64,000 nucleotides of DNA from a virus. A program made the translations under genes and the position numbers. Below are positions 56,674 through 64,000 of this stretch, piece after piece (position 1 is the first letter of the stretch; each line of letters begins with the position of its first letter). The notes under the pieces are model-generated. The model did no database searches. It was not told the DNA's origin and saw nothing but the letters and a program-made list of their open reading frames with translations. The DNA lies in the IMG/VR virus record IMGVR_UViG_3300049203_000068, positions 3,339 through 67,338 of that record. The stretch is one strand, 5' to 3'.

Positions 56674-57375
56674 CTAAAAAGGAATATCGTCGTCTTCAAT
56701 TGGAGGCGCGTCACCATACGGATCTTCGTCTGCCGGCCGTTCGTTAAATTCGTGATGGCCGTTTGACTGTTCCCCGAGCGCGGCCCGTGCTGCCGCCACA
56801 CGTGGGATTACGACGTTAACCATCCGCTCTTGTAAGAATTCCATCTGATCATCAAAGTTCCACTTGCCCCCAAGTCGCTGAATTGGCTCCGGACATTCGC
56901 CGGGGTTTTGCCGCGTGTACTTTTGTGGAACCGAAACGCTCTTTTCGTCTTCTTCGTTTTCCCGCTGCCCGACAAAGAAAGCGGTGGAATCCGTTTTCGG
57001 ATCAAGCCAGGCGCGAAACTCAACCGGACGCAGAAAGTCGATGTTCTCCGCAAGCTTCATAAAGCGACTCGAAACGCGTGATTGAAACGGAAGTTCAAGC
57101 ACCCCCTTTTCACCGTTGGCGTCAAGGTAAATCTTCCAGCTCATGTATCGCTGGTCGTACTTATCTTCAGTGTCGCGCCACTCGATCTTCGTCACCATTG
57201 CCTCCACGGTTTGGTAGCGCTTTATAAACTTAATGACGATCTCTTTTGTTGACGGATTCATAACCTCGACGGGTACAAATCCCGGCCTCTCTTTTGACGA
57301 CTCTTCGCAAATCGAGTTGTGCTTAATCACAAAGAATCGACCGTTGCTTTCAGTGCGTTCCTGAAATCCTCTCAT
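56674..57375 (-). CDS. putative single-stranded DNA-binding protein
   Basis: Acidic tail ending EDDDIPF; adjacent to exonuclease. Confidence 0.65.
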   Translation of the reverse strand: MRGFQERTESNGRFFVIKHNSICEESSKERPGFVPVEVMNPSTKEIVIKFIKRYQTVEAMVTKIEWRDTEDKYDQRYMSWKIYLDANGEKGVLELPFQSRVSSRFMKLAENIDFLRPVEFRAWLDPKTDSTAFFVGQRENEEDEKSVSVPQKYTRQNPGECPEPIQRLGGKWNFDDQMEFLQERMVNVVIPRVAAARAALGEQSNGHHEFNERPADEDPYGDAPPIEDDDIPF

Positions 57376-57587
57376 TGCTTTCCTTCTCTCAGTCCCGCTG
57401 CTTTACCCGTGAAGTAAGCCTTGCGAAACATAAATTCGTAAGTCTCTTTTAGTGACGCGATGCCTAACTCGGCAGTCTGTTTGAAGATCAATTCAAACTC
57501 ACAACGCATTCGCGCTTCTTCAAACTCCGTCTCTCCGCGCATCATTAGCGGATTTGGATCAACTGGATTTGATTGAGCACGTTTCAT
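57372..57587 (-). CDS. hypothetical protein
   Basis: Coupled ORF. Confidence 0.6.
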   Translation of the reverse strand: MKRAQSNPVDPNPLMMRGETEFEEARMRCEFELIFKQTAELGIASLKETYEFMFRKAYFTGKAAGLREGKQ

Positions 57588-57818
57588 TTAGCCTCTTGCT
57601 GCTCTTTCTGCTTTAGCTGCAAGTACTTTTCCAAGTAGTTCGTAGTTCACGTGTTCACCGCGAAGGATTGCTGGCCGCTCGATCTCTATCGCCTCGCCTC
57701 TTAACAGCAAATCCGTTCCACGCTCGCTATATCGAAGCGCTTCATCGATCGAGCCCCGCTCAGCAGCGAGTGCGGCGAGTCTGAAATATTCAGAAGCAGT
57801 TTCAGTGATGATGCTCAT
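57588..57818 (-). CDS. hypothetical protein
   Basis: GGAGG RBS. Confidence 0.6.
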   Translation of the reverse strand: MSIITETASEYFRLAALAAERGSIDEALRYSERGTDLLLRGEAIEIERPAILRGEHVNYELLGKVLAAKAERAARG

Positions 57819-58159
57819 TGCTTGACCTCCGGTGGATCCGGTATGTGGCCCCTGATGAACGCAAAGAAGTCTTCGGCTCTAGCGCCCTCAGGCGTTTCCG
57901 CGTCATAGTGGAAGTATGGCAACGAGACGAAGTAGTCACTGCGGACCTTCTGAAGTGCCGCGAAAACGCACTTCCACGAACAGCAATCAACCTGATCAGC
58001 CCGCTGCTCACCGTTCCGAAAGACAGTAAAGTTCAGCGCCGCGCCATCTTCGGGAAACACGCGCCCGCATTCATCGCAACCACGAACCTCATCGCTCAAG
58101 CGCTTGCGCGAGCCGCAGTGATCGCAAGTTTCGAATTCAGCTTCTTTAACGATTCCCAT
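57815..58159 (-). CDS. Zn-binding hypothetical protein
   Basis: CDHC, CDEC, CSWKC. Confidence 0.65.
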   Translation of the reverse strand: MGIVKEAEFETCDHCGSRKRLSDEVRGCDECGRVFPEDGAALNFTVFRNGEQRADQVDCCSWKCVFAALQKVRSDYFVSLPYFHYDAETPEGARAEDFFAFIRGHIPDPPEVKQ

Positions 58160-58367
58160 TCCATCTCCACCTAAGCCGACCGTCTCTCAAACTTGGATCG
58201 CAGATCAATTCGCTATTGCAGTTCAAACACCCGATCGTGTCGCCTTCGCGCATTAAGGGTTCTTTCTGATCTCCCCGGCGATACATTTCGTATTCAAGAG
58301 CCATGCGGCAACACTTCTCCACGCCGTTGTAATTCACTCGCCATGTAGAGTTAGGTTCGGACATCAT
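58146..58367 (-). CDS. hypothetical protein
   Basis: Coupled ORF. Confidence 0.6.
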   Translation of the reverse strand: MMSEPNSTWRVNYNGVEKCCRMALEYEMYRRGDQKEPLMREGDTIGCLNCNSELICDPSLRDGRLRWRWNGNR

Positions 58368-58639
58368 CCTTTTTGCGTTTCGCGCGCCCGTGTCTCAAAC
58401 ATGTCATACAGAACGGTGTCCGGTTCGACGCCTTCCTTCTCAGCAACGGCAATCACCGCATTGCGCGCGGCTTGGCAATACTCAGCAGAGGGGTTCAGAT
58501 CGTCACACTGGCCGACGCGATAGGTAGCCCATATTCTTTGCTGCATCGGTCGCGGGACCATCTTCCAGTGCGGGTAACACATGAAGACTTCCGGCTTGAT
58601 CGGCGTCGTGCAATTCGTTGCATGGCAGTGATGGGCCAT
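58364..58639 (-). CDS. small Zn-finger phage protein
   Basis: HHCHATNC...MCYPHWKMVP...IW..Y. Confidence 0.7.
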   Translation of the reverse strand: MAHHCHATNCTTPIKPEVFMCYPHWKMVPRPMQQRIWATYRVGQCDDLNPSAEYCQAARNAVIAVAEKEGVEPDTVLYDMFETRARETQKG

Positions 58640-58677
58640 TTCTCTTCCTCTCCCTCAGTAGAGACAGCAGACAGCGG

Positions 58678-58887
58678 TTATTCTTCGAAGATCTCGCTTA
58701 CAAAGTAGACGCGCTTACCTCCCTCGAAAACCTTTTCAAAGTCTTCCTGCTTCTTGCCGTCGGTGCCTTCTTTTTGTCTCCAGTGGCTGAAGTCGCAGTA
58801 GTTTTCACCGATGCCATCCGACATCTGTCCGGCGAATTTATCTGCGGTCTTTTGGTTTGGAAATCTAACAATGATGTCGTAGCTCAT
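58678..58887 (-). CDS. hypothetical protein
   Basis: AGGAG RBS. Confidence 0.6.
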   Translation of the reverse strand: MSYDIIVRFPNQKTADKFAGQMSDGIGENYCDFSHWRQKEGTDGKKQEDFEKVFEGGKRVYFVSEIFEE

Positions 58888-59143
58888 TAGCCCTGCTCCT
58901 GCACTTTCAATCTCAGACCGTTCATTCCTAAGTTCTGTGTCTTCATAAACCTAATTTTCATTTCTCTCTGTGGGGGATAAATCCCTCAGTACCGGGAATT
59001 CGCTAGCAATGAAAATAATGTTTGCAATTTAGAAAAGATGCCCTCATAATGCCGCGCCTTACTTCCCCTAACGGCTTAGAAACTTTCGGCGTGTGCGGCG
59101 TCTAAAAGTTTCCCGCCCGCCCCTTTTCCTTCTCAATCTAAAC

Positions 59144-59332
59144 TTACGCAGCTTGCGCCCGACGGAGGGCCGCTTTGACTTCAGGGACGCGTTCCAAGAG
59201 TTTTCTCAATACTTGCGACTCGGTACGCCCGTCTTTTTCTGCGATGTCTTTGATTAGATCTTTAACTGGAAGCGGGACGAATCCGGCCACAAGATGTAGC
59301 CGCTGACGTTCGGATTTTGACTTGGTTCCCAT
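59144..59332 (-). CDS. ribbon-helix-helix regulator (Cro position)
   Basis: LVAGFVP..VKDLIKDIAEKDGRTESQVLRKLL RHH pattern; first gene after the leftward promoter. Confidence 0.75.
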   Translation of the reverse strand: MGTKSKSERQRLHLVAGFVPLPVKDLIKDIAEKDGRTESQVLRKLLERVPEVKAALRRAQAA

Positions 59333-59342
59333 ATCGCCGTGG

Positions 59343-59371
59343 ATAATACTTAAGGTTCTTAAGGTTTGCAA
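59343..59371 (-). promoter_or_regulatory. leftward early promoter with operator in spacer
   Basis: TTGCAA-ACCTTAAGAACCTTAAG-TATTAT (17-nt spacer). Confidence 0.8.
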
Positions 59372-59447
59372 GTGTTATTTTGTTTTTGATTTTGCTTAAG
59401 GATATAAAGCTAGAAACGGGGACATTAAGGTGCTAAAACCTCATGGC

Positions 59448-59690
59448 ATGGCAAAGGCAAAGCGCGCGGCGATGGTCGGAACGATGGTTCCTGACGAGCT
59501 CAAGGAAGAATTACAAAGGATTGCCGACGCGGATTCGAGGTCTCTCAGCTTCGTAGTGTTTGCTATGATTGAACGCGGCCTTACGCAGTACAGAAAAGAC
59601 AAACAACTCCGCCCGAAAAATGACTCACGACTCGCGGTGATTAGGGCTAGGGCAGAAGATTCTCCCGCACAGAAGAAAACGAAGCCGTGA
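59448..59690 (+). CDS. Arc-like ribbon-helix-helix repressor (CI position)
   Basis: MVGTMVPDELKEELQRIADADSRSLSFVV..MIERGL. Confidence 0.8.
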   Translation: MAKAKRAAMVGTMVPDELKEELQRIADADSRSLSFVVFAMIERGLTQYRKDKQLRPKNDSRLAVIRARAEDSPAQKKTKP

Positions 59691-60094
59691 TAATATCCCC
59701 CGTTATCAGCAGCTCAACAACAGTGGTTCCGCTCTATTCTATGAAAATTGCCGCCGGTCCTCCGTCACCAAATGAAGACTCGATTGAAGACCGCATAGAT
59801 CTGACTGAATATCTAATTCCACGGCCCGAAAAATCCTTTTTGATCCGCGTTGAAGGCGAAAGCATGATTGACGCCGGGGTTTTTCCCGACGATCTTTTGG
59901 TGGTTGAGCGCGCAGATGAAGCCCAAAACGGCGATGTGGTAGTCGCCCTGATCGGCGGGCGGTTTACGGTAAAGCGATTTCAGCGGCACGGCGATCGACT
60001 GCGCCTGGTTTCGGCCAACAAAGAGCGTCCCGAATCACGCCATGAAGACTTCTCCGTGTGGGGCATCGTCCGGTATTGCATCCATAAGTTCTAG
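59687..60094 (+). CDS. UmuD/LexA-type S24 peptidase, stand-alone
   Basis: IAAG cleavage site, VEGESM (Ser), FTVKR (Lys), WGIV. Confidence 0.9.
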   Translation: MIISPVISSSTTVVPLYSMKIAAGPPSPNEDSIEDRIDLTEYLIPRPEKSFLIRVEGESMIDAGVFPDDLLVVERADEAQNGDVVVALIGGRFTVKRFQRHGDRLRLVSANKERPESRHEDFSVWGIVRYCIHKF

Positions 60095-60183
60095 GTAATC
60101 CCAACCACAAAATCCCTTAAATCGCGGCAAGTACTCAGGTTCCCGTCTGCCTGAAAATAAATCATTAAAGAGCAAAATATGTC

Positions 60184-60213
60184 TTGCAAACCTTAAGGTT
60201 CTTAAGGTAGTAT
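60184..60213 (+). promoter_or_regulatory. rightward early promoter with operator in spacer
   Basis: TTGCAA-ACCTTAAGGTTCTTAAGG-TAGTAT. Confidence 0.8.
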
Positions 60214-60238
60214 CTGTCTATTGAAACGGAGACGCTAA

Positions 60239-60400
60239 ATGAACAACAACGACTTATTAAACAAAGATTCACTAATGCTAACGCTGGTAGTGCTGGCAAT
60301 GATTCTTGCCTTGGCTATTTCAGTAGGCCCGGCCGCAAAGAAACGGCTGGGAGAGATGCTTACCGATCCACTCAAGGTTCAGCAAGTAACGAAGGCGTAA
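60239..60400 (+). CDS. small membrane protein (53 aa)
   Basis: GGAG RBS; MNNNDLLNKDSLMLTLVVLAMILALAISVG... Confidence 0.6.
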   Translation: MNNNDLLNKDSLMLTLVVLAMILALAISVGPAAKKRLGEMLTDPLKVQQVTKA

Positions 60401-60416
60401 CGAAAGGCAAACTCAG

Positions 60417-60641
60417 ATGCGAGTTACTTACACGATTTTCGAAAAGTCACGGCGCGGCGGCGAGTACGTCCGTGGACAAGTGGCATTCAACCACTACGGG
60501 CGCAGCGAAGACAACCGACTTGAGGATCGCATTGTGTCGGATCTGCAAAGCGACTACGGCCTTGACTGGACAGGGGATACGAACGGCATCCGCATTGAAA
60601 GACGCGGGGCGGTTCAGGTTCAACAGATGGTGAAGGCGTGA
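60417..60641 (+). CDS. hypothetical protein
   Basis: ORF with RBS. Confidence 0.65.
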   Translation: MRVTYTIFEKSRRGGEYVRGQVAFNHYGRSEDNRLEDRIVSDLQSDYGLDWTGDTNGIRIERRGAVQVQQMVKA

Positions 60642-61021
60642 ACCGGGGAGAGACGCAAATGGCTAACTTAACTAACATCGACGGTAAGAGCTTTAGGCGG
60701 ACGCCTCCGGCTATTAAGAGAATTGCGGCGGGCTATTACGAGATGCGCTTCCCCGTAACGCTGATCGCGGACGGTAAATCAACCGTCGTGACCGCCCATG
60801 CTGAAATCATCAAGAGAGAAGACGGTAGCGGATGGAGCTTTACGCTGAAGGCATCGCGTAGCGGCTTCGCCACCTATCTGTCAGCACATGAAGATATCTA
60901 CAGCTCTAAGTCTCAAATAGTCGAATTCTTTTGCTCTGACAGATCGCGATACTGGGAATACGTGACCGATCACGGTCTGAATTCTTGGTGCATGTCCAAC
61001 GTGAATGCGGTGAAGGCGTAA
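60638..61021 (+). CDS. hypothetical protein
   Basis: ORF; GGGGAG RBS before MANLT. Confidence 0.65.
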   Translation: MNRGETQMANLTNIDGKSFRRTPPAIKRIAAGYYEMRFPVTLIADGKSTVVTAHAEIIKREDGSGWSFTLKASRSGFATYLSAHEDIYSSKSQIVEFFCSDRSRYWEYVTDHGLNSWCMSNVNAVKA

Positions 61022-61038
61022 GGGAAGGGGAGGAACCC

Positions 61039-61248
61039 ATGCATAACATTCGAGTGGGCAGCAAGCGCGTTTTGTTGACGGATGCAGAGATCGAGGAACT
61101 TGATCGCTACCGCGCCAGCGAAAAGTACGCGTTAGTTAGATCGCTGGAGAAGAATACGCGCGATTTAGCGGCAACAAGACGGGCATTCGACGCCGCCGGG
61201 GAACGGTTCCTTGAAACCATCCCAGACATCATCGACTCGGTTAATTGA
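61039..61248 (+). CDS. hypothetical protein
   Basis: GGAGG RBS before MHNIRV. Confidence 0.65.
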   Translation: MHNIRVGSKRVLLTDAEIEELDRYRASEKYALVRSLEKNTRDLAATRRAFDAAGERFLETIPDIIDSVN

Positions 61249-61263
61249 GGGGAGAGAGACGCA

Positions 61264-61557
61264 ATGGCAAATAGGGCAACGGTGATGAACTCAATAATCG
61301 CAGACAAGACAATGGATCGAGCACCGCGGAATCTTGAAGCGCAGCGGCTCAGCAATTTAACCGGACGCGCTATCGACTGGCGCACGGTGGACTGCCGGTG
61401 TGATGAGAATCCCTTTTGCGACAGGTGCTCAGGACTAGGCGCGTATCACGAAGCGTTTTATTTGAGTTGCAATCACCCGGTTATAGACGGAGCGGATCTC
61501 GAGTGCGAAGTAGCCGGATGCGCAGAGCGCGAGGCGCGGAAAGCGGAGGCGGCGTAA
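61264..61557 (+). CDS. Cys-rich hypothetical protein
   Basis: ORF with RBS. Confidence 0.65.
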   Translation: MANRATVMNSIIADKTMDRAPRNLEAQRLSNLTGRAIDWRTVDCRCDENPFCDRCSGLGAYHEAFYLSCNHPVIDGADLECEVAGCAEREARKAEAA

Positions 61558-62150
61558 TGGCCCGCGTCTTAATAGCCTGTGAGTTTTCGGCAATCGTTCG
61601 TGACGCCTTTTTAGCGCGTGGGCATGATGCTTGGTCTTGCGATCTCCTGCCGACCGAAGGTGATTCTCGCCGACATATCCAAGCCGATTTCCGCAGCGTG
61701 GTTCAGGGTTCCTGGGACTTCGTTGGCTATCACTATGAATGTCGAGTAATGGCGAATAGTGGTGTCCGTTGGCTAGCGGTTAAGCCGGAACGCTGGTACG
61801 AGCTTGAAACGGCCTGCGAGGTATTCAACCTAACTCTTAGGGACGCGCGGCCCGGTTACTCAGAGAATCCGATTCAGCACTGTCACGCGAAACAGCGTAT
61901 TGACCGCGAGCAGGATCAGACAGTTCAGCCGTGGTGGTTTGGTGAACCGTTCTTCAAGGCAACCTGTCTGTGGCTTCGCGGCATTTCTCCGCTCACGGCA
62001 ACCAACCGTCTGACACCGCCTGCAACGGGCACGCCCGAACATAAAGCCTGGTCTGCTGTTCACCGTGCACAACCGGGTCCGAATCGCTGGAAAGAGCGTA
62101 GTCGCACGTTTCGACGTTTAGCCGTTGCGATGGCTGAGCAGTGGGGTTAG
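61557..62150 (+). CDS. DNA cytosine methyltransferase-like phage protein
   Basis: RVLIACEFS..VRDAF..RGHDAWSCDLLP, ENP, QPWWFG, K.TCLWL, RSRTF..AVAMAEQWG. Confidence 0.8.
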   Translation: MARVLIACEFSAIVRDAFLARGHDAWSCDLLPTEGDSRRHIQADFRSVVQGSWDFVGYHYECRVMANSGVRWLAVKPERWYELETACEVFNLTLRDARPGYSENPIQHCHAKQRIDREQDQTVQPWWFGEPFFKATCLWLRGISPLTATNRLTPPATGTPEHKAWSAVHRAQPGPNRWKERSRTFRRLAVAMAEQWG

Positions 62151-62209
62151 TCAAACGAGGAGTAAACGATGAAACAGCTACTCCAGAAGAGCATAGAGAG
62201 GGGATACCG

Positions 62210-62527
62210 ATGCTAAACCTAATCACAATTACAGAGACACCAAGCGATCTGATCCGGTCTCGCGCGCGCCTTATGTGGGCCACAAAGTACGACTCAGGTC
62301 AACACACGATCTCATACAAAGTCGTGCCGCACGGATCGTCATTCGACCATAAAGGAAAAGACAAACGGATCGTGTTGTTCGATCTGAGGCGCGGCACCGC
62401 TGACTGCTTATCGCTCGAGACTGGCGAAGTTTGCGAGGCTAACAGTTTCGGACGTTTGTGCTCGCATGTGTATGCAGCTCATAGATCGATGGAAGCTGCG
62501 AACAAGAGAGTAGGAAAGGCAGCGTGA
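62210..62527 (+). CDS. SWIM-like Zn-finger protein
   Basis: C.......C...GRLCSHVYA. Confidence 0.6.
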   Translation: MLNLITITETPSDLIRSRARLMWATKYDSGQHTISYKVVPHGSSFDHKGKDKRIVLFDLRRGTADCLSLETGEVCEANSFGRLCSHVYAAHRSMEAANKRVGKAA

Positions 62528-62643
62528 ATATTGGGGTTTGATGCCAAGGGTTTACCGCCTTGGTTGTCGCAAACAATACATGAGAACAGCCATCCGTCGT
62601 CACGGCATCGCGGCTCTGGGAAGAAATTGGCTAGAGCGATCGG

Positions 62644-62964
62644 TTGGTAGCTGATCGCGCGGCGTTTAGATACGACGCGCAGGGCGGACTCGGCCCAACA
62701 ATTTTAATTGAGGGAGAGAGACGAGATGGAAAACGAAAACTCATGACTGTTAGCAAAGAACAAGCAATGGCAATGTTCGATCACGATCTCAACGGCTTCA
62801 TGGATGAGATACGCGGGTTGTTGGCCCATTACCGCATCGGAGATTGGGATGCGTATTTATTCTTTCGCAAGCCTGACTGCCCGGAAAGCTACGTATTGAA
62901 ATATGAAGCGAACGCGGGTGACGAATTCGCAAAGAAGATTGTCGCCCTGCATACGGAGGACTGA
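62644..62964 (+). CDS. hypothetical protein (start uncertain)
   Basis: ORF. Confidence 0.5.
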   Translation: MVADRAAFRYDAQGGLGPTILIEGERRDGKRKLMTVSKEQAMAMFDHDLNGFMDEIRGLLAHYRIGDWDAYLFFRKPDCPESYVLKYEANAGDEFAKKIVALHTED

Positions 62965-63000
62965 ATCAGTTTGAGTTCCACACGGAGAAGGGGTTGAGAG

Positions 63001-63192
63001 ATGGTCTATCGAGAAAACGCGCAGGACGAAACAAAGGAATTAGCCGACTATCTAAAGGGCTACGGCGACGCGGTGCAGAACGCGAAGATCTCCCGCGCCG
63101 CCGAATGGATGGAGAAGCTTTCGTGGAACGTGTGCGGGCAGGGCTATGTCGGGTGTAGCGGCGGGCACGATTGCGGCTCAGATCACAAGTGA
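63001..63192 (+). CDS. hypothetical protein
   Basis: ORF; C-terminal CGQGYVGC.GG..C.SDHK. Confidence 0.6.
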   Translation: MVYRENAQDETKELADYLKGYGDAVQNAKISRAAEWMEKLSWNVCGQGYVGCSGGHDCGSDHK

Positions 63193-63204
63193 AGGATTTC
63201 AGCA

Positions 63205-63447
63205 ATGACTACACGCAACACAGAAACAGAACCTGACGACTTCGAGTACGCGACTCGCGTTGACGTGAACATCGCGATCCTGCGCGAGATCGCAAAGATT
63301 CGTCTTCGCGAACGCTTGCCGCGCGTGATGGCCGGCGTGGCCCAACACTTGATCGCTGCCGGGGTTGACTTCTCCAAAGTTGACTACTCGCGCATTACTG
63401 AACCTACAGAAGCAGACCTAAACGCAATTTACGAGGACTTGATATGA
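63205..63447 (+). CDS. hypothetical protein
   Basis: AAGGA RBS. Confidence 0.6.
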   Translation: MTTRNTETEPDDFEYATRVDVNIAILREIAKIRLRERLPRVMAGVAQHLIAAGVDFSKVDYSRITEPTEADLNAIYEDLI

Positions 63448-63710
63448 GCACACAACGCGAAAATGTTTATACCTGTCCGAAGTGCAAGGGCCTGACCGTC
63501 ACGATAGACATTGATGAGGGGGTGACTCCAATGTTTCTAGACTGCCGCGCCTCTGGCCGTGAAGGTGATTGTGACGGCATGGCGGTTTCAGCGATGTATC
63601 CCAAAGGACCGCGACCATCGCATATCCCTGCGCCCGCGTGGGAGTGGTTCAAACCAGCCGGACCTGATTACGACAATCTCGGTCTCGATATCAGAAAGCG
63701 AACACCGTGA
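63444..63710 (+). CDS. Zn-ribbon hypothetical protein
   Basis: NVYTCPKC...GVTPMFLDC...C. Confidence 0.7.
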   Translation: MSTQRENVYTCPKCKGLTVTIDIDEGVTPMFLDCRASGREGDCDGMAVSAMYPKGPRPSHIPAPAWEWFKPAGPDYDNLGLDIRKRTP

Positions 63711-63931
63711 CCACGGAAACAGAATCCGTAAATGCCGCGCTAGTTGAGTTGAGGGAGATGTTTCCCGGCCGAGTTGTATGGATACGCCAAGATGCCGACT
63801 GGTTTGACGAAGAAGGTCCACACTTTGAATCTACGGTGAAGATTGGCTTTCTCAGAACTGACCCAAAATTCAAGGCCCCAACCCTCGCGGAGTGCATGGC
63901 TCAAGTGCGCAAGTGGAAGGAATCGCAATGA
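63707..63931 (+). CDS. hypothetical protein, paralog of the C-terminal domain of 1820..2320
   Basis: ELREMFPG...VKIG.L...PKF...CMAQVRKWKESQ. Confidence 0.7.
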   Translation: MTTETESVNAALVELREMFPGRVVWIRQDADWFDEEGPHFESTVKIGFLRTDPKFKAPTLAECMAQVRKWKESQ

Positions 63932-64000
63932 CTAAAGACGAAATAAAAGATCTTAAAGACGTACTACGCGACGCTGCGTGGTCTATTGTTCGAGACTCTG
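63902..64000 (+). repeat. 99-bp direct repeat, copy 2 (runs to window end)
   Basis: Identical to 2291-2389. Confidence 0.95.

Larger units (their letters stand above)
1..64000. mobile_element. Temperate tailed phage genome (siphovirus-like), near complete
   Basis: Terminase, portal, capsid, tail tube, tape measure, endolysin, serine recombinase, replication initiator and repressor region are all present. No host housekeeping genes were recognised. Confidence 0.95.

Noticed and set aside
59074-59081. GCTTAGAA shared with the hairpin loop at 5122-5129 (possible antisense pair)
   Set aside because: An 8-nt match is expected by chance and I found no second complementary segment.
1-64000. tRNA genes, reverse transcriptase/DGR, stop-codon recoding
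   Set aside because: I saw no cloverleaf with a T-loop and no RT motifs. Genes are intact in the standard code apart from one TAG. This was a by-eye scan only.

Overview
This window holds an essentially complete ~62-64 kb tailed dsDNA (siphovirus-like) temperate phage; I recognised no host housekeeping genes. Rightward early operons of small ORFs lie at 60.2-64 kb and 0-4.8 kb. A long leftward block runs from 59.3 to 6.85 kb. It encodes recombination/replication (SSB-like protein, PD-(D/E)XK nuclease, initiator with internal iterons, RNase H), accessory enzymes, a large serine recombinase, lysis genes, terminase, portal, capsid, two tail-tube paralogs, tape measure and tail tip. The immunity region at 59.1-60.2 kb uses two divergent ribbon-helix-helix genes plus a stand-alone S24 peptidase. 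The most striking element is a self-contained cassette at 4.8-6.63 kb with its own promoters. It ends in a solo RAMP/Cas7-like gene followed directly by 15 phased G[G/C]N-NN pentamers and a UUCG terminator hairpin. This is a candidate non-CRISPR RNA-guided system in which the variable dinucleotides would spell a gapped target. The last 99 bp of the window exactly repeat 2291-2389. All product calls are from motif recognition by eye; no database searches were run.
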